This document shows, piece after piece, positions 1-12,817 of a DNA stretch of 64,000 bases (position 1 is its first letter; each line of letters opens with the position of its first letter). Below the pieces are notes generated by a model. It was not told the DNA's origin. It was given only the letters and a program-made list of their open reading frames with translations, and did not search any database. The DNA is from Chiloscyllium plagiosum. Its lineage: Eukaryota. The stretch is from positions 51,379,656 to 51,443,655 of the forward strand of contig NC_057719.1 of the NCBI RefSeq assembly GCF_004010195.1. Direction: 5' to 3'. The position numbers and the translations under genes are program-made.

Positions 1-148
1 CCCCACCCTTCTCTCATTTATCTCTCCACCCTTCAGGCACTCTGCCTGTATTCCTGATGAAGGGCTTTTGCCCGAAATGTCAATTTTATTGCTTCTCAGA
101 TGCTGCCTGAACTGCTGTGCTTTTCCAGCACCACTGATCCAGTTTCTG
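1..148 (+). mobile_element. Penelope-like element 3' end/pseudo-LTR fragment (runs off the window start)
   Basis: Same tail (gatgctgcctga...ctgctgtgcttttccagcacc) as the RT-bearing PLE at 59236-60290; contains a hammerhead motif. Confidence 0.75.
50..85 (+). ncRNA. Minimal hammerhead ribozyme motif, family A, CpG-decayed
   Basis: ATTC-CTGATGA-A-GGGC-TTTT-GCCC-GAAA-TGT-C-AATT (consensus GAAA-CGT-C-GA). Confidence 0.65.
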
Positions 149-185
149 GGTTAATAGTCTAGTAATAATATCATTACGTCATTGC

Positions 186-1175
186 CCCACAATTCCTCCT
201 CATCTCAATCCCAAAAGGTTTACTCCTTATCCTTAAAAGAAGACTCCTGGTTCTGAACTCCCTCACCATTGGGAGCAGCCTTCCTGCATCTGATTTGTCT
301 AGTGCTGTTAGAATTCTATAGGATTCTATGAGATCCCACTTCATTCTTTTAAACTCTAGTAAATACAATCATAAGCAACTCAATCTCTCATCATATGTGA
401 GTCCTGCCATCCCAAGAATCAATTTGGTAAACCTTCATTGTACTTTATAGCAAGAACATCTTTCCTTAGATAAGGAGACCAAAACTGCACACAATATTCC
501 AGCTGTGGCCTCAACAATGCCCAGTATAATTGCCACTAAACATCCTTGTTCTTGTACTTGAATCCTCTCACTATGAAGACCAACATAGAGTCATAGAGAT
601 GTACATAATTGAAACAGACCCTTTGGTCCAACCCGTCCATGCCGACCAGATATCCCAACCCAATCTAGTCCCGCCTGCCAGCACCCGGCCCATATCCCTC
701 GAGTTTGCCATCTTTATAGTCTGCTGCACCTGTGTGCTTACTTACAGCTAATGATGCATGAGGACACCTAGATCTCATTAAAGATTCCCCTCTCTTAATT
801 TACAGCCACTCAAAAAAACAATTTGCCTTCTTGCTTTGCTATAAAAGTGGATAACCACGCATTTTTCCACATTGTACTGCATCTGTCATCGCACAGAGGC
901 TGTCTAAATCACACTGCAACATCTCCGCATCCTCCTTACAGCTCCCTCTTCCATCCAGTTTTGTGTCATCTGCAAATTTGGATATATTACATTTAGTTCC
1001 ATCATCTAAGTCATTAACATATAGCTGGGGTCCTAACACTGAGTCCTGCGGAACCTCACTAGTCACTGCCTGCAATTCAGAACAAAGACCCATTCATGCC
1101 TACTGTTACATTACCCAAAATCTCATGTGCATTGATTTTACACATTAACCTCTTTTATGGGACATGGTTGAAAAC
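186..1175 (-). mobile_element. Degenerate CR1 LINE RT/3' region with a nested CR1 3' tail (~587-700)
   Basis: ORF 839-1093 contains VPQDSVLGPQL...SKFADDTKL (CR1 RT motifs). Confidence 0.85.
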
Positions 1176-1179
1176 CCTT

Positions 1180-1995
1180 AATGTGGAGAAATGTGAAGTT
1201 GTCAATTTTGGAAGAAAGAACAAGTGAACAGAATAGTATTTAAATGGAGGAAAACTGTAGAAAGCTGAAACACAAAGGAACTTGTGATACTTGTTCATGA
1301 AACACAGAAAGCTAGCACACAGATGCAGCAGGTAGTCAGGAAGGCTAATAAAATTTTGGCCCTTATTTCAAGCAGGTTGGCGTATAAGAGTAGGGAAATC
1401 GTACAGCAACTGTATAAGTTGCTGGTGAGGCCATTTCTGGAGCACTTTGAACATTATTGGGCCCTTTATTTAAGAAAATATGTAATTTCATTGGTGGTAT
1501 CTCAGAGAAGGTTCATTAGATTGATACCTGGTATGGAGGTATTGTCTTATGAGGAAATGTTAAACAGGTTTGAATTTTACTCACTGGAGTCTAGACGAAT
1601 GAGAGTTGATGTTACTGAAGCACATGGGATTCTTAAAAAGGCTTGACAGGATAAATGGTGAGAGGATGTTTCCTCTCTTGGTGGAGTCTATGACTAGAGG
1701 GCAATGTCTCACAATAAAGGGGTGGCAATTTATGATTAAACTGATGAGGAATTTCTTCACTCAGATGCTTATGAGTTTTTTGAACTCCTTGCCACAGAGA
1801 GATGTTGGGTCAGAGTTGTTGTGTATATTTAAAGCTGAAATTGATAGATTCTTGATCAGTCAGGAAATCAAGGGTTACAGGGAAAGGAGAGGAACGTGCA
1901 CGTGAGGAATGTCAGATCAGTCGTGATCCTATTGAATGGCAGAGAAGGCTTCAGAGGTCAGACGGCTGACTCCTGTTCCTATTTCTCATGGACCT
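1180..1995 (+). mobile_element. Degenerate CR1 LINE 3' end
   Basis: LYKLLVRPFLEH, RRFIRLIPGM, TRGQCLTI and RNFFTQ are CR1 ORF2 C-terminal motifs. Confidence 0.85.
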
Positions 1996-2319
1996 TGATG
2001 TCTTCATGTCCAGTTAAGGATGCTGAAACTACGGGCCCAATCAGAGTGCTTGCAGCCTTCAGAAGGGGGGATGGGAGCCCCAAAGGCAGAGGTGAATGCA
2101 CTGTTTCAAGAGAGGCTGTGGTGGATTTAATTCTTGAAATTAAATTGTGTTCATAGGCCATACCTATGGAGGGGTGTAGCTGTTGCCCACTGACTCCAGT
2201 GCTTTCTTGCAGGGTAAGTAAACTATTTCCAGTTACTGAGTATTCTTTGGCCTGAGCAAAATACCAATGTGTGTTGTGTCTCCGATCAGCTCACAACTGG
2301 GTATTTCATTATTCAAATT

Positions 2320-2648
2320 GATTAGATTAGATTCCCTACAGTGTGGAAACAGGCCCTTCAGCCCAACAAGTCCACACTGACACTCGAAAGAGCAATCTAC
2401 CCAGTCCCATTCCCCTACATTTACCCCTGACTAATGCACCTAGTACTACAGGCAATTTAGCATGGCCAATTTACCTAACCTGCACATCTTTGGACTGTGG
2501 AAGGAAACCGGAGCACCCGAAGGCAACCCACGCCAACACAGGGAGAATGTGCAAGCTCCACACAGACAGCTGCCCGAGGCAGGAATTGAACCCGGATCCC
2601 TGGTGCTGTGAGGCAGCAGTGCTAACCACTGAGCCACTGTGCCGCCCC
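2320..2648 (-). mobile_element. tRNA-derived SINE (HE1/V-SINE type)
   Basis: A-box TGGCTCAGTGG and B-box GGTTCAATTCC on the minus strand; CR1-like tail ending in (AATCT)n. Confidence 0.9.
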
Positions 2649-5065
2649 AATTGATTCCTCACAAATCAAAACATTTCCCTCAGCCTTGCTTTCAACTTCA
2701 CCTTCATAGGGGAGGACGATTTTGCACTTTGTAAATTATTTATACCTAATTCTAGCATAATTGCTTCTACACAATGAAACCCAAGCTCTGTTACATGCTA
2801 ATGGAATCTATAATGTTGCCCAATTTCAGGGAGCTATTAATGTCATAATGAAGAGCATACTATTGTCTGTTGGGATCAACAAAAATTCACACATAGATAA
2901 ATGGAACGAAGAGAGCTTTCACCCATGCAGCCCATCTCTATGGCAACATGAGATGCCTCAGATGTTCCAAATAACAGAAGTGTAAAATAATTATCTTTAA
3001 CCTTAAAGCCTCTTTAATTCTGAGACCCACATAAATAATTGATATCTTTAATGGAGTTAATAGCCCTCACTGAGACTCCCTGGTCCCACCAGGGAACCCA
3101 GTTGGCAATAAAGGTGCTTTAGCTTCTTTGATCTAGGAACTACATGAATAAAATAAATTCCTTTTTGAATTAAATGTTAGAGCTCCTAGCCTTACCAAAA
3201 GATCAAAGATGGGTAATCCATAATTTACGTTTCTTCCTTTCTAAGTCTAAATTCATTAAATAAACCTGGGTTAGCCTTTTAACTGAGGCAATGTTTTTCA
3301 AATTGGGGTTTCCTGCCTTGCCAAGTGCCAATGAAGAATGTATCACTACTGACATCTGTGTTCCTGCAGCCACTTAACACTACTAATGGAGATGGGAACT
3401 TCTGCCCCTCACTCAGAGGAGCACTGACCTCAGACAGCTGCTGACTTCTCAGTAGTCCCAGCAGTGTAGTGACTAGGACAGAGGCTGTAGGTGGTCTCAT
3501 GGTGAGGAAGCGTTGTGAGAAGCTTGGGGTGGTGGGGGGTTTGGAATGGACATCGTAATGGAGATGTTGGAGGAGTTTGGAGAATACTTGCAGGAGGCAG
3601 ACTTTGTAGGGGCAGGGTGAAACCCAATTTGGAGACGAGGTTGCTGAAAAAGATGCAAAACCTGCTTTCCCACCCATGGCCTATGTTTGGTGATGTTCAA
3701 TTTCTGCCCTGGCTGAAGTTACTATGAAGGTCTACCTTCTCAATCTTGCGTTTCTTTGTGTCATGGCAACCCTCAGGTTAAACTCACCACCAGCTGTCTC
3801 TCTCTAATGAGAGAGAGGACTATTTTTTACTTATTTTAAATTTAAACCTAAAAGTTATACCTCTAAAACAGATTAATTATGGAGCCAAATATTTTTGACA
3901 TTAGCTATAATATTTTTACAGTTTTAATTTCCCAAATTAATATACATTATATGTAGATCTGCACTCAAAGGAGTCTTGCAGTCAGTGTTTGATTCACTAA
4001 TATTTAATTTAAGTAGTTTAGAATATGTAGATGCATTTACGGGTAAAGACTTGGTAGATACTGTGTTAAATGTATCAAACTAGATTTAACACTGAATATT
4101 TCATGTAACAAAGCATGTTAGAATAGGCTGGGTTCGAAAGGGTTCTGAGCCAGTGGAAAAGAAATAATTGAATTTTGTGAATATAGTGACCTCATGTGGA
4201 GAATATTTGTAAAACAAAATAATTGCTCCATATATGGTATTGGTTTTGGTGCACTGCTCTCCTCTGCAGCCATGCTACCACATTAAGCCTAAACAACACA
4301 ACATTTTAGTGGAATATATCAGAAGATTGTTCACAGAAAATTTACTTGCCTGCTTTCTGTGTATCAGGGGTCGTAATTCCTAGTATGTTGATACCTTTTC
4401 AGATTAAGACATAAAATTAATCTAGCCCATCATCTGAATGTTTACAATGCTTTGCCGGGCCTTATCAACTCTGCTAGCTGGTTTTTGTGTGGAGCAGCAG
4501 GTTTTTGCAGCATTGTTACATACTTTGCATTACTGACAGCCTGCTTTCTCTTAATAGGAGGCAATATCTTGAAGAAAGATAGAAAAACAATAATATGATG
4601 GAAATTCTTTCACACAAACCACAGCACATACAGAGTTCCAGGTTGATGACTGCAGCACTGGAGGTATTAGCAATGCAGATGGACAGGAGGACCAGAAGAT
4701 CCTCAACAATTACTTTCAGAAATGAGTGGGAGCAGCACTTTTTTCCCTGAAGTTACATAAAAGCTAACGGTCATGTTCATTTTTATAACGTCATTACTAT
4801 CTTAGAAAGAGTCTGAATGTCCAGCAGTCAGTGAAGGGGTATAACTTCATGATTGCATTCCAGTGAAGCAATGGGAGTGAAAGTGGTAATTATATGCATT
4901 AATATAGCTGATTGGATAAAGATGGCTGCAATAAATTATCCTTAATCCTCTTCTCCAAACAGAAAGAGTAGAATTGTCACCATCTGACCAACCAGAAAGT
5001 GTAGCTTCCAACACGCAAGGGTTGAAAAAAATCCTAAAACTACCACAAACACCTAATCAAGACTG

Positions 5066-5385
5066 GGTGGCATGGTAGCTCAGTGGTTAACACTGCTGCC
5101 TCACAGCGCCAGGGACCTCAGTTTGATTCCAGCTTTGGGCGACTGTGTGGAGTTTGTATGTTCTCCCTGTATCTGCATGAGTTTACTCCAGGTGCTCTGG
5201 TTTCCTCCCGCAGTTTAAAGGTGTGCAGGTTAGGTGAATTGGCCATGCTAAATTGCCCGTAGTGTTCAGGGATGTGTAGGCTAGGTGCATTAGGGGAAAT
5301 GTAGAGTAATACATTTGATTCCAACCTTGGGAGACTGTCTATGTGGAGTTTGCATGTTCTCCCTATGTCTTTGTGGGTTATTCAC
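5066..5385 (+). mobile_element. HE1-type SINE plus a partial second copy
   Basis: gggtggcatggtagctcagtggttaacactgctgcctcacagcgccaggg head; the internal segment is repeated at ~5312-5380. Confidence 0.8.
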
Positions 5386-5439
5386 AGTGCTTTGGGGCGT
5401 GCACTTTGGAGATCTATGCAGCATCAAAAAAATGACAGG

Positions 5440-6170
5440 GAATGTTTAATACAAGCCTAGTCTACCCAACCGTTCCTCATAAATCAACCCACCATTCTAG
5501 ATATTAGCCTAGTAAACCTTTTCTGAACTGCTTTCAATGCATTTATGTCCTCCTTTTGACAAGAGGATCAATACTCGACACAGTTCTCCAGATGTGGTCT
5601 CACCAATGCTCTATATAACTGAAGCATAACCTCCCCACTAATGTATTCAATTACCTTGCAGTAAACAATGACATTCTATTAGCTTTCCTAATAATTTTCT
5701 ATACTTGCATCATAACAGTTCATAATTTTCACAAAAAAAGCTACACAGATCATCTCAATTCTAAAAGCTCTAGAATCTCTCAACATTTAGAGAATGTACT
5801 TTTTAATTTTTTCTGTTTTCCACACTCTGTTCCATTTTCCAAATCTTTACCATTCCCTTCACCTATCTATATCCTTTGTAGACCTCTTATGTTGCCTTCA
5901 AACTTAGTATCCTAACCATCTTAGTATCAACAGCAAATTTAGCTACTGTACCTTTGGTCTCTTTTTCCAAGATATTTATATAAATTGCAAAGAGTTGAGG
6001 CCACAGCACTGATCTCTGTGGTATATTAGTTGTTACTTCTTGCCAACCAGAAACTGACCCATTTACATCTACCTCTCTGTTTCTTGTCAGCAAGATAATT
6101 TTTGCTTCATGCCAATATGCGACCCCCTACACCATGAGATTCATTTTTTGCAATAAGCTGTGATAAACCC
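5440..6170 (-). mobile_element. Degenerate CR1 RT fragment
   Basis: IPQRSVLWPQLF...AKFAVDTKM. Confidence 0.75.
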
Positions 6171-6475
6171 TCTCACATGTCCACAAATGTAACTGCATTT
6201 TTTTTAATAAATATTTTTATTGAGAGGAAGATTTTGAATTCTTTTCAAAAATATAAAATTACTGCAAAATAATAGAACAATCTTGCAATATAACAACAAT
6301 AATAGTAAACAAACTACTCCATAAACAATTTACACAATCCACACAAACTACAATTCAATAACTAACTAAATCAAAACTAAAAGAAATTAAATTAAACCGA
6401 GGTGAACCAAGGCAAACTAAATTAAATTATGTTGTTACAACACTCAGCACAATCAGTTGGCATACCCATATTTGT

Positions 6476-6643
6476 AGGTAAAAACAAGGCCTGCAGATGT
6501 TGGAAACCAGAGTCTAGATTAGAGTGGTGCTGGTAAAGCCCTTCCTGAATTCCTGATGAAGGGCTTTTGCCCGAAACGTCGATTTTCCTGCTCCTCGGAT
6601 GCCGCCTGACCTGCTGTGCTTTTCCAGCACCACTCTAATCCAG
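6476..6643. mobile_element. Head-to-head PLE mini-insertion with a 13-bp TSD
   Basis: TACCC(A/G)TATTTGT at 6463-6475 and 6644-6656. An inverted tail arm and a forward arm meet at GAATTC (6547-6552). Confidence 0.75.
6549..6584 (+). ncRNA. Minimal hammerhead ribozyme, family A, intact core
   Basis: ATTC-CTGATGA-A-GGGC-TTTT-GCCC-GAAA-CGT-C-GATT; predicted GUC cleavage after 6580. Confidence 0.8.
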
Positions 6644-9600
6644 TACCCGTATTTGTGTGGAATTCTTCCTCCCAGGAGCCCCCAGGCTGCCAGACTCAAC
6701 CCTCATGGCTACACAAAGGCCCTAACCAACATAGCCGATAAGTCGGCGTCTATATGGTTCAAATGTCCAATAAAAAAGTTCTGTTTTCTGGTGCACCATA
6801 TTTGTAAGTAAGTTCAGGGGGATGTGCTCCATAACTAATCTATGCCACCCTGACAGTCCTGGAGGATTTTCTGACACCCCAGCTCATCAGAATGTTCTTC
6901 CTCGCGCAAATGAAAGGATACTAAACAATTTCTTCCCATGCGTGTCCCAAGAGGGGAGATTTGGTGAACCCGAGAGGAGGGACACCAGATCTATCTTGAC
7001 TTTGGTTCCCAAGACTCCTTCCAAACACTCACTATAGCACCCCAATACCTACGAAGCTGGTGGCATGACCACAAGCAGTGAGTAAGAGTACCAACATTTA
7101 TTTTACATTAGGGGCACATTGGCGACGCTCCTGTCTTAAATTCCACAAGCCGCTCTGGTGCTAAATAAACCCTGTGCAGTACCTTTAATTGCATAACCTG
7201 CATCTGATTGCAAATCAAAATCTTCCTTACGTTCTCCCAAATATCCTCCCACCTCTCCAGGGAGATCTCCACCTCCAATTCCTGAGCCCACACAGTAACT
7301 TGATGTCCTTTGAGACACCACCTCCTAATAAATGATAGAGGGTGCTGACCGAGACAATGCCCGTGGACCAAAGCACTCTCCTCTCCATATCCAAGTCATC
7401 AGGACTAACCACTAATGTAGTCTTTTTCTGTATAAAGTCCATAATCTGAAAGTTACAAAAGAGGTCCCTCCTAGATAGCTTATATTTCTGGTTCAGCTGC
7501 TTGAAAGTCATCATGACCTCCCCGTCAAATACGTCTCTCAAACAGGAAACCCCTCTGGACTCCCAGAGCCTAAAGCCAGAATCCGTTGATCCCAGCTGGA
7601 ATCCTACCAATCTTACTATGGGAGTAAAAGAAGAAGTTTTTGTAAATTGCCCTCACTTTATTACATTGTTCTCCATGTTTTAACTGTGTTAAGGACAATC
7701 GGATTTCTGCAATGGTCCAGAACAGTCCTCTATTTGTCCATGAACAACAGATTCATGAGGGGATATTTTGCCTGGGAGGTCTTAAAGTCTGGAAAATCCA
7801 CCAACCACACGCCCCACCCCCACTCCATTTCCCCGCCCCCCACTCCCCCCACTCCATCCTGTGCGGAAGCAGCAATTTGGCGAGCTTAATAAGTGACACC
7901 AGATAAAAGAGCCGAGCCAACTGTGAAGCCTCCATAAGCATCTGCCTGGGCAGCAACAAAGGGAGCATTCGCATGGGATATAATAAATGATGAAGAACAT
8001 TCATTTTAACCAGAGCTATTCTACCCAACCGGGATATCGGAAGATCCTCCCAGCATTGAAGGTCCTGTCTTACCTTCTCGAGCAAGTGCACAAAGTTAGC
8101 TTTATGTAATTGATCGAAGGCCAGGGTGATAAAACTGCCTAAATACAAGAAACCTCCCTGGGACCATCTGAAAGGGAATCGGATTCCACCCCCAAGTTGG
8201 GGTATTCTAATAAGACCCCTGACAGGCACAGCCTTTGATTTCATAAAATTGATTGTATACCCCGAGAAAGAGTCAAATAAATTAATCACTGTATTAAACG
8301 GGGCACAGATATCGTCGGGTTAGTTTGGAAGAGAAGAACGTCATCTGCGTAAAGGGTGATTTTATGCCCCCAGATCCCAACTCCAGGGCAATTTTACTGG
8401 GGTTCTTCTGGATGGCCTCTTCCAATGGCTCAATCACTAATGTAAATAGTAACAGTGAAAAGGGACACCCTTGTCGGCTGCCTCTGACAATACTAAAATT
8501 GTCAGACTTTATACCATTAGTGAGAACCGCAGCTTTAGGATCACTATATAATACTGCCACTCATTCAGCAAAGACCCCCTCCAAGGCCAAACCGTTCCAG
8601 GACATAAAAGAGGTATGGCCACTCCACCTAGTCAAACACTTTCTCTGCATCCAGGGAGACTACCAAGCCTGGAATCGACCCTTGCTGGCATACCTGAACC
8701 ATATTCAGCCCTCTCCTAATATTATTATTAGAGGATCTGCAACCCTAATAATACCTGTCTGGTCCTCTTTCACAATGAAGGGCAAGACCTCCTCCAGCCT
8801 CAATGCCAGCATTTTCGACAAAGTTTTAAAGTCCATATTTAATAATGATACGGGCCTATATGAAGTGCAATTCTCTGGGACTTTCCCTCTCTTGAGAATA
8901 AGAGAAATATTTGCTTCTCTCAGAGAGATGGGAGGCAGTCCTGACTGTACGAATAATTGTACATATCTAACATTGACTTAGTCAGCTTGTCTATGAACTC
9001 CTTATAAAACTCACTCTGAAATCTGTCTGGGACCATTCTGGAGCTGCCTCACCGCCTCCTGTATCTCCTCGATTGTCAGAGGGGCATTCAAGAGATGCCT
9101 GCTCTGAAGTTACACCTGGGAGGTCCAAGGTCTTAAAAAAGGACGCCACCTTTGCCAATCTGTCCACACAGCCCTTCGACCGGTACAATCCAGAGTAGAA
9201 CTTCCTAAATCTGCATAAATCTTTTTGGGATCACAAGTAATAGTACCAGCACACTCTCTTATGGATGTGATAGATTGGGGGGCACTCTTCTTGCTGGCCA
9301 AGTATGCCAAATACCTACCCAGTTTATCACCATACTTGAATAATCTCTGTTTCGCAAAGGAAATCTCTCTCTTTGCTGTCTTGGTGAGCGCAGAGTTCAG
9401 AGCAGCCCTGAGGGCTATAATCCACTGAACTTAATTACAGACGGTCTGTCAAAATATGCCACCTTGGCTGCTTTCAGCTGAGCCTCGAGCATATACTGCT
9501 GCTCTCCCTTCCACACCGCCGAGTAAGAAATAATCAAACCCCTTGCATAGGCCTTGGCAGTCTCGCAGAGCACCGATGGATTACTGGCCGTACCTGAATT

Positions 9601-10128
9601 AATGTCCCAAAAAAATTTAGATTCCTGTGAAAAATACTCAATGAACTTGCTATCCTTCAGGAGGAAAGGATCAATGTGCCAGTGCCATGAGCCTGTCCCA
9701 TCGCCACCGGCCTTAACTTCCGTGTACACTGCCGCATGATCAGAAATGGCTATGATCCCAATTCTGCAGGACAGCACCAAATTCAAAAAGGCCGATGGGG
9801 CAAAAGACAAGTCAATCATAGCATAGCACTTATGTGGGTTAGAGAAAAAGGTTAAGTCCCTACGATCAGGGTGAAGTCATCTCCACACATCCACCAACCC
9901 CAGCTCCCTGTTCAGGTTTACCAGCTGCCTGGATTGTAGGGAAATATCTGTGAAACCCCGAGGCATCCTATCCACCTCAGGGTCCATAACATTCATAAAA
10001 GTCTCCCCCTATAATTGTATGATGTGCCCCAAGGGCCATCAGCCTGGAGAGCACATCCATTAAACATTTGAGGGGGTGTGCAGGGGGGCTATATACATTC
10101 AAGATCCCATAGTCCTTTCCATTTTTTG

Positions 10129-10432
10129 GATTAGATTACTTACTTATTTACAGTGTGGAAACAGGCACTTTGGCCCAACAAGTCCACACCAGCCCGCTGA
10201 AGCGCAACCCACCCAGACCTATTCCCCTACATTTACCCCTTCACCTAACAGTACGGGCAATTTAGTATGGCCAATTCACCTAACCTGCACATCTTTGGAC
10301 TGTGGGAGGAAACCGGAGCACCCGGAGGAAACCCATGCAGACAGGGAAAATGTGCAAACTCTACACAGTCATTCGCCTGAGGCGGGAATTGAACCCGGGT
10401 CTCTGGTGCTGTGAGGCAGCAGTGCTAACCAC
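10129..10432 (-). mobile_element. HE1-type SINE inserted in L1 ORF2 (endonuclease region)
   Basis: Same sequence family as 2320-2648; interrupts the APE reading frame. Confidence 0.9.
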
Positions 10433-11436
10433 TTTATTAAAACTTTAAGGATCAGAAATTGCCTGTATTTATCCTCAATTTGGTCTGGCAACTGAAATGG
10501 AAGTTTCTTCTGAGTGAGTATAGCTACTCCTCTACTTTTCAAATTAAAGGATGAGAAAAACATTTGGCTGAACCCTTCCTGCTGTGACTGTAAGTGCTCC
10601 TTATCGGTTAGAAGTGTTTCTTGCAGCAAGGCTACATTGACCCTTTCCTTTCTAAGGCTTGAAAGTGTCTTTTTTCTCTTAATCAGTGAGTGACTCCCCT
10701 TAACATTCCAGGTGCACCATTTAAATGAACAATGAGCCATAGCTGTCCGAAACTGCCCGTGATCCCCCGAGAGGAAGAACCCCACTCATAGCACACCAAG
10801 TGAAAGCAACAAACTGTTCGTATAAACCTGAAAATGCAACTACAAAAACTACCAAATCAAAATTTATAACAATTACTTCTACAATGAACCAACATATAAC
10901 ACAAATGAGAGGAGACTTTCCCCCTTGCCCACAGGAGATGATCATACTACCCACTAAACCCCTCCATGGCTCCTTCTAGCTGAAGCCGCCCCCAAACCCA
11001 AACAAAACAAAGTTTAAAAAAAGTTACATGCGTCTTACAACAAGAAAATTAAAAGTGGGCATTCAACCCATCCCGTCCATACTTTGACCTGAGGCAATCC
11101 TGGTACAAAAAGTGAACCCTTCCCCCCTACCCTGACCCCCATCCCATACTAAGAGAGAGAAACGAAAAAGAAATTATAGAAAAACAAAGGATAATGGGAG
11201 GGGAGGAAGAAGAGAGAAGAGAAAGAGAAAAAAAAGGGACTCTCCCCATATTAAAAAAAACCCAAACCAGGTAACCAGGCAAACTACAGAGGAAACACAG
11301 TGAACACTATTGTCCATATTAGCCAAGCCAGCCAGTCTATTTTAATTTTGATTTGGAGATGCCGGTGTTGGACTGGGGTGTACAAAGTTAAAAATCACAC
11401 AACACCAGGTTATAGTCCAACAGGTTTAATTGGAAG

Positions 11437-11471
11437 TAGTAGCTTTCGGAGCGCTGCTCCTTCATCAGGTG
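11437..11471 (-). ncRNA. Minimal hammerhead ribozyme motif, family B
   Basis: CAC-CTGATGA-A-GGAGC-AGC-GCTCC-GAAA-GCT-A-CTA; core and stems II/III intact, 3' arm of stem I mismatched. Confidence 0.7.
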
Positions 11472-11855
11472 ATTTTGGAGAATAAGATTGTAAGACACAG
11501 AATTTATAGCAAAAGTTTCCAGTGTGATGTAACCGAAATTATATATTGAAAAAGACCCAGATTGTTTGTTAAATCTCTCATCTTTTAGAAAGACCATGTT
11601 GGCATCAATTCTTTCATATGTAAATCACAAAACTATTTTTAAAAGTTACATTCTCAAGTGCACTTTAACAGTTGGTGTCATGTCGACCCAGACAAGGTAT
11701 TGAAGGTGTTAACTCTGTGTGAGGCTGTCTATGCCACAATGGTCAGACTGATTCTAATCTAAAAAATGAATTTACAGAATCTTACATGGATTCATGCAGT
11801 TTTTGAGCAAAGTAAAATGTAATTCTGCAAGTACAAATTCACTACCCAAACTTAT

Positions 11856-11902
11856 ATGTGTATGTGTGCGTATGTGTGTCTGTGTGTATGTGTGTGTGAG
11901 TG
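11856..11902. repeat. Imperfect (TG)n microsatellite within the PLE 3' UTR
   Basis: Visible TG/TA dinucleotide run. Confidence 0.8.
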
Positions 11903-12782
11903 TAGTGCAATGGGGTCACCTGTAGTGTGACATGAACCCACGGTCCTGGTTGAGGCCATCCCCATGGGTAACGAACTTGGCTGTCAGCCTCTGCTCGGCA
12001 ACTTTTCGTTGTTGCCTGTCCTGAAGTCTGCCTTGGAGGACGGTCACCTGAAGGTCTGAGGTTGAATGCCCCAGACCGCTGAAGTGTTCTCTGACTGGGA
12101 GGGAATACTCCTGTCAGTTGATTGTTCTGCGGTGTCCATTCACCTATTGCTTTGGTATCGCCAATGTACCATGCCTCAGGGCATCCTTGCCTGCAGCGTA
12201 TGAGATAGACAACGTTGGCTGAGTCGCAGGAGTACCTGCCACTTACGTGGTGGGAGGTGTCCCCACATGTAATGGTATCGGTGTTGACACTCTAACATGT
12301 CTTGCAGCGTCTACCATGACAAGCTTGTATGGTATTGTCCTGAAAGCCGGGCAGTTTGCTATGAACAATTATCTATTTGAGATTTGGTGGTTGTTTAAAG
12401 GCGAGCAGTGGAGGTATGGGCAAGGTCTTGGTGAGGTGCTCATCCTCACTGATAATGTGTTGCAGGCTGCGAAGAACATGGTGTAGTTTTGCAGCTCCTG
12501 GGAAGTACTGGACAACGAAGAGTACCCTGTCGGTTGCAGCTCGTGTCTGTCTCCTGAGGAGGTCAGTACGGAAACTTAGCAAACAATCCGGGTGTTTGTT
12601 GCACTTGAGAATGTAACTTTTTAAAAACGTTTTGCGATTTACCTATGAAAGAACTGATGCCAACATGATCTTTCTAAAAGATGAGAGATTTAACAAACAA
12701 TCCAGGTCTTTTTCAATATATAATTTCATTTATTGAAACGATTGCTATAAATTCTGTGTCTTACAATCTTATTCTCCAAAAT

Positions 12783-12817
12783 CACCTGATGAAGGAGCAG
12801 TGCTCCGAAAACTTGTG
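12783..12817 (+). ncRNA. Minimal hammerhead ribozyme motif, family B (inverted pLTR copy)
   Basis: CAC-CTGATGA-A-GGAGC-AGT-GCTCC-GAAA-ACT-T-GTG; stem I intact, stem III palindrome mutated. Confidence 0.65.

Noticed and set aside
2580..2648. tRNA gene calls at SINE heads (here and in other copies)
   Set aside because: A/B boxes are present but continue into SINE body and LINE-like tail; no complete cloverleaf.
3280..3830. Possible old LINE 3' end or overlapping ORFs
   Set aside because: Looks repeat-derived, but I could not assign a family or motif with confidence.
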